This document shows, piece after piece, positions 26,549 to 40,540 of a stretch of 64,000 bases of DNA. Positions within the stretch are counted from its first letter, which is position 1. Each line of letters starts with the position of its first letter. Under the pieces are notes generated by a model that saw nothing but the letters and a program-made list of their open reading frames with translations, did no database searches and was not told where the DNA came from. The DNA is from the human T2T-CHM13v2.0 reference genome, Homo sapiens, in NCBI RefSeq assembly GCF_009914755.1, contig NC_060928.1, one strand, 5' to 3'. A program made the translations under genes and the position numbers.

Positions 26549-28338
26549 CTGAAACAGAAGAAATCAGAATCGTTACCTTGGGGAAATAAAACAAGCAAAA
26601 GTGTGTACATTGTTTTAAACTTCTCATTAAAAAAATATTTTCCATACACATGGAATATAAATAAATGCAACGGTTTGGGATGTTTTTCATGTTTTCCAAT
26701 ATAAGTATCAACATTCTTGTAACATGTCTAGAATTATTAAGCTTAACAAAAACTTCCTTTTCATTTTTGAATGACAAGGTCCTCTCTTTCATATTTAAAC
26801 GACTCAAAAATCTTCATGAGTATCAAATGAAAGGCTACTAACTGTAACAACTAAGTTATATTTTTATATTTACATCGTTAAGGCAAATATAAGCAACTGT
26901 TAAAAATTAATGAACATTGTTTACATTTACTTACATACAATGAATTAAATGATCAAAAGCTGGCAAACATAATGCCCCTACAGTATTGTGAGAATGCAAA
27001 GCTTCTGACAACTAATTCAGAAAAAAACAAAAACCAGCAGTGGTTTTACATGGCGCTCCATAAGAACAGCTTGTAATCTCATTTCAAAATGTATCCTGAA
27101 ATTATATTATTTCTGTATAAGAATGGTTAAGTTCACTCCCTACATAATGTAAGGGTTTATTGTCTCATTTCGCTCTATGTAACTACTTAAAAGTATTAAA
27201 ATAATTATATCAAGTATAATACTTATCAGCAACATAAGCCCCAAAGAAAGGCAATTTACAAAAGAAAAACCAGAATTCAGCAGCCTGATGTCAAACAGCA
27301 TTTTTCCTCTCTAAGTCAGTGAAGCAAACTTTACCAACTATATCAATGTTTTATCACCACTGCTGTCAACAACCAGTTGTTCACAGAATGTCTCCTATCT
27401 TCAGGGCATCGAACAACCTGTCACCCTGGGCCCCTCCATGAGAAGATGACACACACACACAAAAGCTAAATCTTCTAAGCTAACACACGTCAAGGGTCAA
27501 ATCAGTCTATTAATACATGGTGGCAGACTCTGCAGGACAGTCCCTGGGTGACTGGCGGAGAAAAGAGAGAAACTGAAGAAATGAAGAAAACGTTGCCTTT
27601 AACAATGACAAATGGGAAGGTGGGCGAAGTCCACTGGGCTGAGGTCTGGCCAGGGAAGCAGGACAGTTATTTTCAGATCAACTGTTCCCCTTTGCCAACA
27701 AATTCATCTTGTAAATCAACACAGCTTCACAAAGGACAGCACTGTCATCTTGCAAAGTGACTCTCAAATTAATATTCACAAAATGTGAATGCTACCAGAG
27801 GTAAATGAAGAGCAAACTGGAGGGTGGGTTTGACAGCCCAGTTGAAATTGGTACGACAACATTAATTTATAGTATCTTAACTTAGCTACTGCCAACTCTG
27901 CCCCATAAGTCATTGCCTTAGGGGGAAAAAAAGACCTGATGTGCTTAAAGCAATTAAAGCTTAATTGATATTGAACCACGTTCAAGTTGGCCACCCTAAC
28001 TTGTTCTTTAGCTATGATGCCTTCTCCTCTCCAGATAAAGTCAGAAATTAGACAGATTTTTGGCTTCTAGGAGAACAATTATCATTTAAACAAAATAAGA
28101 AAACAATTTTCTCCCAAAACTATCTCTTTAAGTATCTCCATTTAGTCAACAGTTCTAATACTCAGGGAAATTTGAATATTATAAAATAATCTTGTAATTT
28201 TATCAAAACAAATAAAAAGTTCAACCTACAGGTATGGAGGACCTTATCAGACAGAACCTTGCATGGTGTTAAGGAATAAAAGACAAAGATCCCAATCCCA
28301 AGGGATTTACAAACTAGAAATAAAAATACATATAAAGA

Positions 28339-28690
<352 letters not shown>

Positions 28691-29379
28691 TCACATTATG
28701 TTTTAGGAGACATTTTTACCATCATCCATTGTACAACAAAATATTATACCAGGATTCTATTGCAAGTACTAGAAGTATTTTTGCTTAATTCTACGTATAA
28801 AGTTATCATGCAGCCATTAAAAGATAGCACTCTGTATGTTGACATATGTCTAGCTATATAAACTGGAAAAACGAAGCTGATCCTATTTATGTTTATTTAA
28901 AAGAGAGGAGAAGGGGGGTAGATACAATGTACCCACGGATATACTTTAAAATGGACAGAAAAGTCTAGGCAGACAAGCAACTGTTAACAGTGGTAACTTC
29001 TGGAGAACCGGCAGAGAAACAGGTAGCTGAGGGAATGATTACTGTGGCATTTTTCTCTACTGTGGTTTTTTTTTAGCATGAGTATGTGTTGTCTTTATCA
29101 TCCACTCACCCCTTTCATTAATTATTTAATTCCTTTTACATAGGTTTAATGAGCATCTACTATGTATCAGGTGCAGTTCTAGACGCTGGGGATTCAAAAG
29201 TGAACCAAATTACCAACAAGTCCTGATGGAAGATACATTTCCTGGCCAGACACAGACAGACAAGTAAACAGAGTATATCCGATGCTGATAATTAAGTGCT
29301 AAGGAGAAAACTAAAGCAGGGCAAAGAGAGACCAGGGTCAGGAACCTGAAGGAAAAGAGGGAACCCTAAATCCAAAGGG

Positions 29380-29590
29380 TCAGGGCTTACACTAGTGACA
29401 TGCTGGGCAACTCTTAGATTCTTTGGGGAAACGTAGAGTGTTCAATATGATTCCTGGTCCCCACCAGCATGAAGCCTGTGGCATCCCCCTCATCACCCAG
29501 CTGTGATGACTAAAAATACCTCTATCTCGAGACATTGCCAAACACCCTCTAGGGCAGAAAGTCACACCCCGCAGAGAAGCACTAGATTAG
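29380..29590. mobile_element. MER20-like hAT element within an L2 remnant
   Basis: gagacattgccaaacaccctctagggcagaaagtcacaccccgcagagaagcact. Confidence 0.6.
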
Positions 29591-29689
29591 GGAAGCCAGA
29601 AAGAGACCACGTGGCTGGAGCACAGCGGTTGAGGGACAGCGGTAAGGCCGGGGCACATCCTGGGAGAGAACCTATCATGAAGGGGGTTC

Positions 29690-30360
29690 TTTTTAAAAAT
29701 AAACCTTATTTTAGAATGCTTTTAGACTTACAGAAAAGTTGCAAAGAGAGCTTCCCCTACTGTTAACATCTCACTTTAGTACATTATACTAGATACAACT
29801 AACAAACCAGTACTGACACATCATCAACTACAGTCCATACTTCACTCAAATTTGCTCATTTTACCCAAGGCCTTCTCTCCATCCTAGAATCCCTTCCAAG
29901 ACACCACCTTACATTTAGCTGTCATGTCTCCTAAGGCTCCTCTGGAATGTACGTTTCTCAGATTTTCCTTGCTTTTAATGATCTGGACAGTTTCCAGAAG
30001 TACTAGTCAGGTATTTTGTAGGATGTCCCTCAACTGGAATCTGACGTTTCTCTCCTGATTAGATTGGGGTTCTGTTTTGGGGAGAAAAGCCACAGAGGTA
30101 GAGTCGTTTCCACCACACCGTAGCAAGCGGGTAAAATCAACACGATTTATCGATGTTGACGCTGCTCCTGACCACGTGACTGAGGTAGTATCTGCCAGGT
30201 TTCCTCACAGTCAGGTTACTTTCACCCCTCCCTGTACTGTATTCTTGGTAAGGAAGTCACTGCATGTAGCCCATTCTTAAGAGACAGAGAGTTTCGCTAC
30301 TCAAAATATTTATAATTCTTCTAGAAACTGATTTGTCTATCTTCCTCCATTTATTTATTC
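29690..30360 (-). mobile_element. Old L1 (L1MC/L1MD-like) 3' fragment
   Basis: tttagacttacagaaaagttgcaaag...gattagattggggttctgttttggggagaaaagccacagaggta. Confidence 0.65.
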
Positions 30361-30362
30361 AA

Positions 30363-30689
30363 TTTTTTTTCTTTTTTAGACAGAGTCTCGCTCTCTCACC
30401 CAGGCTGGAGTGCAGTGGCGCGATCACGGCTCACTGAAGCTTTGAGCTTTCCGGGCCCCCGTCTCAGCCTCCTGAGTAGCTGGGACTATAGGTGCGTCTG
30501 TAGATTTAGACTGACAGAATTTTACATACTCAGGAACCACCAGCACGCCTGGCTCATGTTTGTATTTTTTATAGAGACGGGGTTTCACCACGTTGCCCAG
30601 GCTGGTCTCAAACACCCAGGCTCAAGCGATCTGCCCAACTCGGCCTCCCGAACTGCTAGGATTACAGGTGTGAGCCACTGCATCCAACC
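30363..30689 (-). mobile_element. AluJ with ~40-nt non-Alu insertion
   Basis: Reverse Alu interrupted at 30497-30536. Confidence 0.9.
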
Positions 30690-30729
30690 TGAATCTTTTT
30701 TTTTCTCAAGATCCGTCTGGACTCATGGA

Positions 30730-31450
30730 TAAAGGACAATTTTTAGGACTTTAGAGTTTAGTATGAATCAAATGAGAAGTCCCCCAGCGGATTCTGAACC
30801 GAGGAGTGCCACGGTCTCAGTAAAATGGAAAAACCTGTGGGCAGCCAGGGCAGAAGCTGGAGGGCGACCAGAGCAGTCAGAGGCTGCAGCCACAACACAG
30901 GCGGAGCGCGTGTGGGCTGGGGCACAACGGGGGTGGGGGGCAGATTGTGAATCTATTTCAAGGTTGCCTGATGCACTGGAGTGGGGAGAGGGAGGGAAAG
31001 GAGGAGAGAACAGTACCAGAGAAGATGCCAAAGACTGCTCAGCGTAGAGAACAAGGGGGCCAGGAACCGAGAGGGAGACAGGAGGAGAAGCAGCCTCAGG
31101 GAGCAGATCGGGAGGTCAGTTTTGGACAGGGTAAGATGGGAACAGCTACGGGCTATCCAAGTAAAGATTGTGAGTGGGCAGCAGATATGTGGGAGACTCC
31201 AGCCGGCAGATAGAAATTTGAGAGTTGTCTAAATATGAAAGACGGTATTTAAAACCACAGAACTGAATGAGATCACCAAGGAAGAGAGCAGGCAGAAGAA
31301 AAAAAAAATCCAAGAGCAGAACCCCAAGATTTGAAGGGTCCAAACGGGAGGCCCTGACAGGGGAGATGTCGGCCACTGAGGGAGGAAAGGGAACCACAGC
31401 ATAGTGGTGTGATAAGAAACAGTGAGTAAATAAAGATTTTTCTACAGCTG
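30730..31450 (-). mobile_element. L2 remnant
   Basis: Purine-rich L2-like body (gaggtcagttttggacagggtaag...aatgagatcaccaagg). Confidence 0.6.
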
Positions 31451-31502
31451 AAGCCTAACATTAGAACTTGGAGTTCTATATAATATAAATACTCACTAAT
31501 CC

Positions 31503-31940
<438 letters not shown>

Positions 31941-33148
31941 TCAGTCCCACCACAGCCCCCACCACCACCCACTCATCCCCAACTGGATTCCCAAACATGC
32001 AATTACCTTCCACATCCTACTCAGCAGTTCTCACGGGACACAATACAGCTGGGACGGACTTGTGGACCACATTCCTAACTGAAATCTTTGAAAAACCTGA
32101 ATGTACTCTGCAAACTTGGCTAACAGAATGCTACTGTGAGTAGAATAAATTATTAAATGAAAAAATACACTTTTTGGAAGACATTGTTAACCGTGCAGTA
32201 ATGTAACCAAGAACCACGAATTCAGGTTTCACTATAAAAACCACCCTGATCAAAACAATGGCTGTGGCTCTCATGCAAAACAAACAGTAAAGCTGAAGCG
32301 GGGAGAGACTCCAACACCATTTCATCTAAAAAGGACCTTATCGCCTAGACTCCTTTGCTTATGGAAATTAAACTCCAAAGACCATCTGAGCCAAGGGCTA
32401 TACTTTGATATTTAGAAGGTGATCACACTACTTAAACTCACTGCAATTTGGGATTTCTAAAATGCATTTTCCGAAGCCAAAACAAAGAGTGTTTACTTAG
32501 TCTAGCCTTGAAGGAGAAGGGCTCCCAGTCTAAAGCTTAAATATCTTTAGCATAGATCTCTGAAAATCTATAAATACGGCAGAAAAATAACTTTTGCAGT
32601 AAAAATCAGATATTAATATCTTCATATTTCTTCATTAGGGAGACCTTCATGTAAAATGCTTCCATCAATTACTGTGACTGCACATTCTTCACAAAACAGA
32701 ACACAGCCCCTGTGCTGAAAACCTAACTGCATATATTCAAGTGTTTAGATGACCTCAAGCTCAAGTCTTCGAAGGGTTTCACACGCCACAGAGACAGGAC
32801 ATTAGGTGAGACACAGCATCACACAATGCACCAATTCTGTTAAACGCCGCATATTTATTACTGAGCGGTCACAATTCTTACAAGCACAAGTAGTCATTCT
32901 AGCCTTTATGGAACAGGACATTATTAAACTTTTCATTTCACATGTTATGATAAAAACACAAAATTATTAAGTTGAGAACTCTGTGTTCTCCCTCACTGTG
33001 CTCTTCTCCACTCTCATTTTCTATCAACATAGTGAAAGCGTCAGTAGAATTTAACTCATGATTAAAATTTGGAATTTCGAGTTCAGTTCAGTGTCACATT
33101 TTTAAAGTATTTTTAAGAGATCTCTAAATTGCAAGCATCTTTCTTCCC

Positions 33149-33422
33149 CCGAGACAGGGTCTTGCTCTATCTCCCAGGCTGGAGAGCAGTGGCACCATCA
33201 TAGCTCACTGCAGCACCAACCTTCCAGGCTCAAGTGATCCTCCCGCCTCCGCCTCCGGGGTACCTGGGCGTACCACCATGCCCAGCTAATTTTTTGTATT
33301 TTTGTAGAGATGGGGTTTCACCATGTTGCCCAGGCTGGTCTCGAACTCCTGAGCTCAACTGATCGACCTGCCTGGACCTCCCAAAATGTTGGGATTACAG
33401 TTGTGAGCCACTGGGCCTGGCC
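33149..33422 (-). mobile_element. AluJ
   Basis: Reverse Alu. Confidence 0.92.
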
Positions 33423-33483
33423 GGCAAACACATTTTCAAAGCAGGATCATGAAGTTGTCAAGAGATTATGAATTGTAAACGAG

Positions 33484-33771
33484 TTTTTTTGTTTGTTTGT
33501 TTGTTTTGGAGACAGTCTTGTTCTGTCACCTAGACTGGAGCACAGCGGTGCAATCGTGGCTCACTGCAACCTCTGCCTTCTGGGTTCAAGCGATTCTCAT
33601 GCCTCAGCCTCCTGAGTAGCTAGGAATACAGGCATGCACCACCATGACCAGCTAACTTTTGTATTTTAGTAGAGACGGCCAGGCTAATCTCGAATTCCTG
33701 GCTGCAAGTCATCCACCCACCTCAGCCTCCCAAAGTGCTGGGATTACAGGCATGAGCCACCGCACCCAGCG
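33484..33771 (-). mobile_element. Alu (J/S) with internal deletion
   Basis: Reverse Alu with (GTTT)n head. Confidence 0.92.
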
Positions 33772-35091
33772 TAAATGGCTTTTTAAAAATACTGTATATT
33801 AAAAAGAATGTTGAATGATTTCTAAAATTTCAGACATTCCAAATAAAATTTACAACAGGAAAAAAAAAACTCTCTATTTTTCTAGTTCAATTATCATAGC
33901 CATGTCGGTACTTTTAAAAGCTTTCATCCTTACACTGAAATACTAATGAGTAGATCCTGTTTATTTTCTGGGTGTACACTAATTCTTTTCAACCCATCTT
34001 CATATGATTTTCAGCATGAACGGAGGAAGCTGTGACCCTAGAAATTGAGCAGCAGCCTTAGGCTTGGTATATGTCATTTAATCACTTCTGCTAACTCCAT
34101 TTATATGTTGTTATCTTTGACTGGGGCTGCAATAATCTGGTAACTCTAGCAAGACATACTTTAAATATTGCCTTCACATGATCAACCACCGGTTCCAATT
34201 TAACCCTGAGAATGGTCTTTACTGACAATGACAGTGTGGAACTACAATCTGGCTTTTTCAGAAAACTTCACCATGTACATGATTTAATCAATCCAAAATA
34301 GATTCCTGAAGTGTTCCTGCCCTTAAGAAAGATAAACAGATGTCCTATTTTTCAAACAGCCTCTATATAAAACCTAGTTATCTACATGAACCTATAAAAC
34401 ATGTCTGTTGGCATTACGAAGATGACGGGTTCTAGTTGTTCTGTGCTCCTGGGAACGACAAGACAGGACAGGTAGGCAGCGGCTGTGTGTCTATTTCTGG
34501 CAGGGTGAGGCATTCCTGTGCTATTCTCTTCTTTCCCCTCTCTATATATTCCTTATCCTCCAACCACTTTCTCCTCATCCACATTCCAGGACAAACTTTG
34601 CCCAAGGAGAAGCTCAATGGACTGTTGACCTCTTGTGAATGGAGATCATCTCATCTAATGTATTTTTCTCCACAAACAGAAGTAATTTAAATGACATCTT
34701 GGCAGAGTAGCCAATAATCAACAATGGCCACTTCTTCCACTCCCAAGTTGGTAAGTAAGACTTTATTTTATACGTTGAATTGGGCTCCCTGTATAATTAG
34801 ATTCGGTCAACCCTTCACTAAATGACAGACCAGGAAAGTGAATGTTCCATGTACAGCAAGAAAACGGAAATCTTCAGGGAGAAAAGTCCATCTTCCCTCC
34901 TCCTCTTAAAATGTTCTCTTCACCTGTTCTCTCTTCTTACACCTCAGAAGAGATGCCACCCACCCTAGCTGCAAATAAAGATACTCTGATACCACAAAAT
35001 CCTGCCTCTTCTACAGCTCCTCCCACTCCTGACACCTTGTGCAGAATCCATACACACACACAGGTTCTTCTCCTACTTAAAAAATAAGCTT

Positions 35092-35439
<348 letters not shown>

Positions 35440-35991
35440 TTATTCTTCTCTTTTTTTATACTGGCAAAGATCGCAAGAAAAGGAGTTTCACAGCACCGCC
35501 CTGGCTTCCTTAGAACTCCCTCTCCGCCAAACGCTGCTCCACAGAGATCCTGCAGGTCCACCCTGGCAGAACAGCCGTTCCCGCATCACAAGCTAATGTC
35601 AAACCAATGACCTTTTCTCAGTGCTCATCCTCCTTGATTTCATGACACCTTTGACACCACTCACTCCCCTCCCCAACACTCCTGATCCTTCATTCGGTCA
35701 CAGAGTCCCCCAAAACAAAGAGGCAATCCACAGGTATGAAAAATGAATGACAACATTCTCCTGATTCTCTTCCATACTCTTTTATACTCTACACTGACTC
35801 ACCTACAACTCTGGCATTACAAACTTGTCTTCCAACTCTTCCTCCACATGCATTTATTACCACCCTTAAAGATCTCATCTACTCTGCCTCAAATCATGAA
35901 GGATCAGTGCACCAAATCTGCAATTTCAGCTCTAACCTCTCTCAAACACCTCGTAACATTCCTCCTAAAATACCATCAAACCTAAGTTATA

Positions 35992-36179
35992 CGATTGGCC
36001 TTCACTATATAAGAGTTCTGCATCCATGGATCCAACCAACCTCAGGTTGAGAACGTCTTTAAAATAAACAATAAAACAGTAAAAATATAAATAGTACCCC
36101 ATTTTATATCAGGGACTTGAGCATTCTCAGATTTGGGTATAAAATCCCAAACCTCCCTTAGAGACCAAGGGACAACTAT
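35992..36179. mobile_element. MER2-like Tigger MITE (internally deleted)
   Basis: ttctgcatccatggatccaaccaacc...ttttatatcagggacttgagcat...agggacaact. Confidence 0.6.
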
Positions 36180-38547
36180 ATAGACTTTTCACCCTTTCGC
36201 CATTGCAAAATAACAGCTCTTCCAGTTATTTTCCAATCTCACCACTTCCCAAATCAACCAAGTTTGCAAACTAACAAATCAAACAAAAAGGAAGGGGTTG
36301 GGAGAACATCAAATGTGGAACCTAGCTCCAGCTTTGTCACTAATCAACTGTGTGAATTCAAGGAACTTGCTTAATCCTTTCGACTCTATGTATTCGAGAA
36401 ATTGAAGGATGGACTAAAATCTTTACAGCCTCCTGGCTCTCAAACCTTCATTTCTCAAAAGTTATCCAAACTTGACATTTCTTTCTCAATTTCTCAAAAT
36501 GGTTCCCTTTGCATTTCTGCTGCTACCACCTAGTTAGAATGGGTATTTTGTTCATGCAGAGTATTCCTACAGTCTTTTGGTATTCCTGCTTTCTGCCCCC
36601 AATCCCAGTCAACCTATTCAAACTTCTTTGTGATATTATTCTTTAGTTTGAAAATATTCAGTATTTCCCCTTAGCCTGCTAAGTATATTATTCTTAACCT
36701 TGCATTAAAGACCTTTGATAATCTAACCTCTAACTAATTTCCTAATTTCCCAACACTACTTCTTATTTCAAAACAAAAAGGCATACTTCCCAGACTTGCA
36801 ACAAGTTCAGTAACCAAGCTGTCTTGAGCCAATAACACCACCTAGTGGTGAAGGCTCTAAAGTAATGTAACATCTTGACCTCTTCCCTTCCGAAAGATAA
36901 TGCAAACATTACTATTTTCTTTGTTTCCTGCCCTCCACTCCTCACATACAGCTTATTTGTTTTCACCTTTCTCTTCAACGTTTCTTTCTTTTTCTCTCTC
37001 CTTAACCTCTGCCTCATAAAAACAATCCTCCCTTTTTTAATAAGATTATTTAAGTCATAGTCAAGATTCTCTATGTTCTACCTAGACAAAAAAAAAGAAG
37101 CCAATCCTTTTCCTAAGATAACCTGGTACGGTGAGGTCTTCAGAATTTCTCTCCACTCATCACACCACAAGCCACACTATGCTTTCTATAACTTGCTTTG
37201 CACACATCATTTCCTCTGCTTGAATTGTTCCCCTCTGATTCACACTTCCCTCAGAACTCACATTATCCTAAATCCACCTGCCCCAGATCCCCCAGCTCAC
37301 TGAGGTGCTGCTATGGACCACCTTGACCTGAATGGATCTCTTATCACACTGGTCTATAAGAGACTGTGTACTTGTCCTCTCCCTTATCAGACTACGAGCT
37401 GCTTGAGGGCAGGAAACACGATTTGTTCAGCACTAGATGTTGTGTCTGGCCCAATGTTTGACACAGAGGAGGTCCACTATTGTTGGATTGGTAAATGGAC
37501 AGATGAATAAAGCGTTAAGAGTGAGAAATGTGAGGCAGGACTGTGTTGGGGAGGGGATATAGAGAGGGATAACATAGGAAAATAAAACATCCATCCTTCT
37601 CAAATTAACAGAAAATCCAGGCACAACCACGAGGCTGGTAACAACACTGCAGGTGGCTGCTCTGTAGAGGACTCATTTCCAATAGCTCAGAAAGAGGTCA
37701 CCACCCACCTTACGCTGCCTCAAAATTGGCTATAGATAATGCCAGATCAGTGTCTGTGTTGCAGATTATCACAAAGCTCTAACCTTAATATTCTATGAAG
37801 GATACAGATTAAATCATGACTAATATTTCCTAAGCAGTGTATAGAAGCCTTTATTATTTTTACTTTATAGACTTATCTTCACATACATAATGAACCCTTG
37901 GAATTAAGCAAGAATTCAGGCAATGTATTTAAATCTGGGACTTACAGTAAAAGATGACTTAAAAAACTTAAAAGAGTGAAATATGCAGATTCCTCATCAG
38001 AATATATTTTTGAAATGAAAAGTTCCCCTCAGGTATGAGAAAATGGCAACTTCCTGATCTTAACTGATGTATATCACTCATTTCAAAAACTCTTCTCCAG
38101 TGTCTAAGGATAAATAAGCACTTGCAAACTGAACAATTAAGTGAGACCAAAAGATAGAGTTTGGCTTCAACTTCTACATAATTTGGTCAAAAGAACAATT
38201 ATCTAGCGCAAATCCCACTCATAAAGATTAAACAGCACATCCAGCCTTACGGCTCCCTGCTATTAAATCAGGTCCTTTAGGCTACAAATTATGCCACTGA
38301 GACAGAATCTAATGCAATAATAATGTACTAATTTGATTTGGCTGATTGATTCTACGTAAAATCAGCCAAACTTGGGTGGAAAGCAAGCGGGTAAAGTGTT
38401 AAAACATAATCTCTAAGATCCTATCCACCTCTAACATTCAAAGAAACGACTGCTTCAAAGGGACCTCAAAGCAAAGTCTAAAGGCAATGGAAAGGTAGAG
38501 GATGATCAGGGGAATGAAAACAGAATTAGTTTGTGCATAATTTTTAA

Positions 38548-38844
<297 letters not shown>

Positions 38845-40369
38845 TAATTTTTAAACATTTTTCTGTTGGCACCTGTCCGGACCATGGATTTAAATGATCT
38901 ACTAACATGATGAGAACCCAACGGGGATACTTCAAAAGAGACAAATGAATATACAGGTGGCCCGAAATGATTTTATAAAGTCCTCTAACAACCACACTTC
39001 TTTCCAGAGTGCCAAAGAATTTGGCTCATTTAAGGTGTTCATTTTTCAAAAAATGGTTATACAAATGCAAACTTCATTCAAATCAAACCTTACCTTGAGC
39101 TTGTTAAATGCCATGTTTAGCATCACTCAAGGCTTATACCAATTGTTGTTTTAAAAAATTACATAGTGCTTTAAGTATTTTTACATCTTAAATACAAAGG
39201 AATAATTCTAACTGTGGAATCAGAGCTGTCTTCCTAAGACAAAAAGACAAAGACAAATATCACAATTAACTATTAACTGGAGAAACACCTTTTCAAACGT
39301 CCCTGTAACAACTGGATGTGTTGGACAGCATAACCAAACTCATTAAGAATAGTGTGAAAAACATCACCATTACCTAGTTCTCACACACAGATACCTTCTT
39401 AAACTATCGAAACCTGTATCTGAATATACGAAGCATTAAGAATCTGCTTTTGAAAAGGAAATGAATATCTGAAGGTCATTTTCTTTTCAATCTTTTCTCA
39501 TACTAATAATCACTGTTAATATCCACTTTTAAAAAATCGCCTCTATCAGGCACCCGGGAATTGCTTAACAAAAGCCACTTAATGAAACCACAGTTCAGAC
39601 AAAAAAAAAAACTTAACTGCATAGAAAATATTTATGAGTTTACTTTCCTAACTCATACAATTGCGTCCTTGTTTCCAAAGCCTTGCAATTCACATCAGCG
39701 GGAACAAAAAAATCTAACACACAGCAGAAAGCTGGCTCTCTAAAAGAAAGCATTTTTTTTTAAAGGCAATGAAGGACCAAAAACTCTTTCTTTTAAAAAG
39801 ATCTTAGAAGTTCCTCCTCCAGAGAAGACAGAAAACACTGACAAACCGCACATTGTGCAGATGTTCAGCCCCGAAATGCAGCCTCGCAGCCCTTCACTCC
39901 GCAGTCCACCGGTTGCATCTGCACCTCCGGGCAGCGCTCCTGCAGGGCGCAAACACCCAGAGACCCAGGGACCCGGCAGCCCCGCGCAGGCCTCCCGCGT
40001 GCACCGCTCAGCGAGCGGGTCTTTCGCAGACGGCGGGATGCCCCAGGAGACCGCGAGGCCGGCGCAGCCCGGCGAGCTCCCGGAGGGAAGGCGGCGTGTC
40101 AGAAAGGATCGGACCCCAGCAATGGCCCCGGATCGGTCCCGCGCGGTCGCCTCCTTTTCCCGCTCCGCCGCCGGGACCCCCCTAGCCAGTGCTGAATTTC
40201 CCAACTGGGAAGGACCGAGTCACTCCACCCTCCGGGAAGTCGCGCGCTCATCCGTTTTCGGCAGCGCCGGAGCCCGAGCCGGGGACCGGGCGGACACCCA
40301 CAGAGTCCGCACCGCAGCGCGCTGCACGCTCTCGCCCCCGCCCGCCGGCCCGCGCCCCAGCGAACTAAC

Positions 40370-40540
40370 CGCAAAGTTGGCCCGAAGTGGCGACGGCGCT
40401 CTCGTGGAGCTCACCCGCCGTCTCAGCGCGCCCCCGAGCAGGGACCGGGCCTGCCGGGGCCCTCGCCGGGCTCGCGCGTCCGCATGGTACCTGCCGCACG
40501 AGCCGCTCCCGCGCCCTCTCCCCGCGCCCGGCCGCCCAGC
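40370..40540 (-). other. FAT1: FAT1 non-coding exon 1 (proximal TSS; 5' end approximate)
   Basis: Donor TTTGCG|GTTAGT at 40370/40369 inside a CpG island; ~170 nt plus 18 nt fits the recalled RefSeq 5'UTR. Confidence 0.8.
40423..40485 (-). other. uORF, 20 aa (MRTREPGEGPGRPGPCSGAR*), in exon 1
   Basis: Only ATG in exon 1, context ACCATGC; TGA at 40425-40423. Confidence 0.7.

Noticed and set aside
26549-26578. AG|GTAAC as a recursive splice site
   Set aside because: The remaining 28 nt are below the minimum intron size; kept only as an alternative acceptor
36836-36850. CTCF-like near-palindrome CACCACCTAGTGGTG (also ACTAGAGGGCGC near 42718)
   Set aside because: Mismatches at informative positions; cannot be supported without ChIP data
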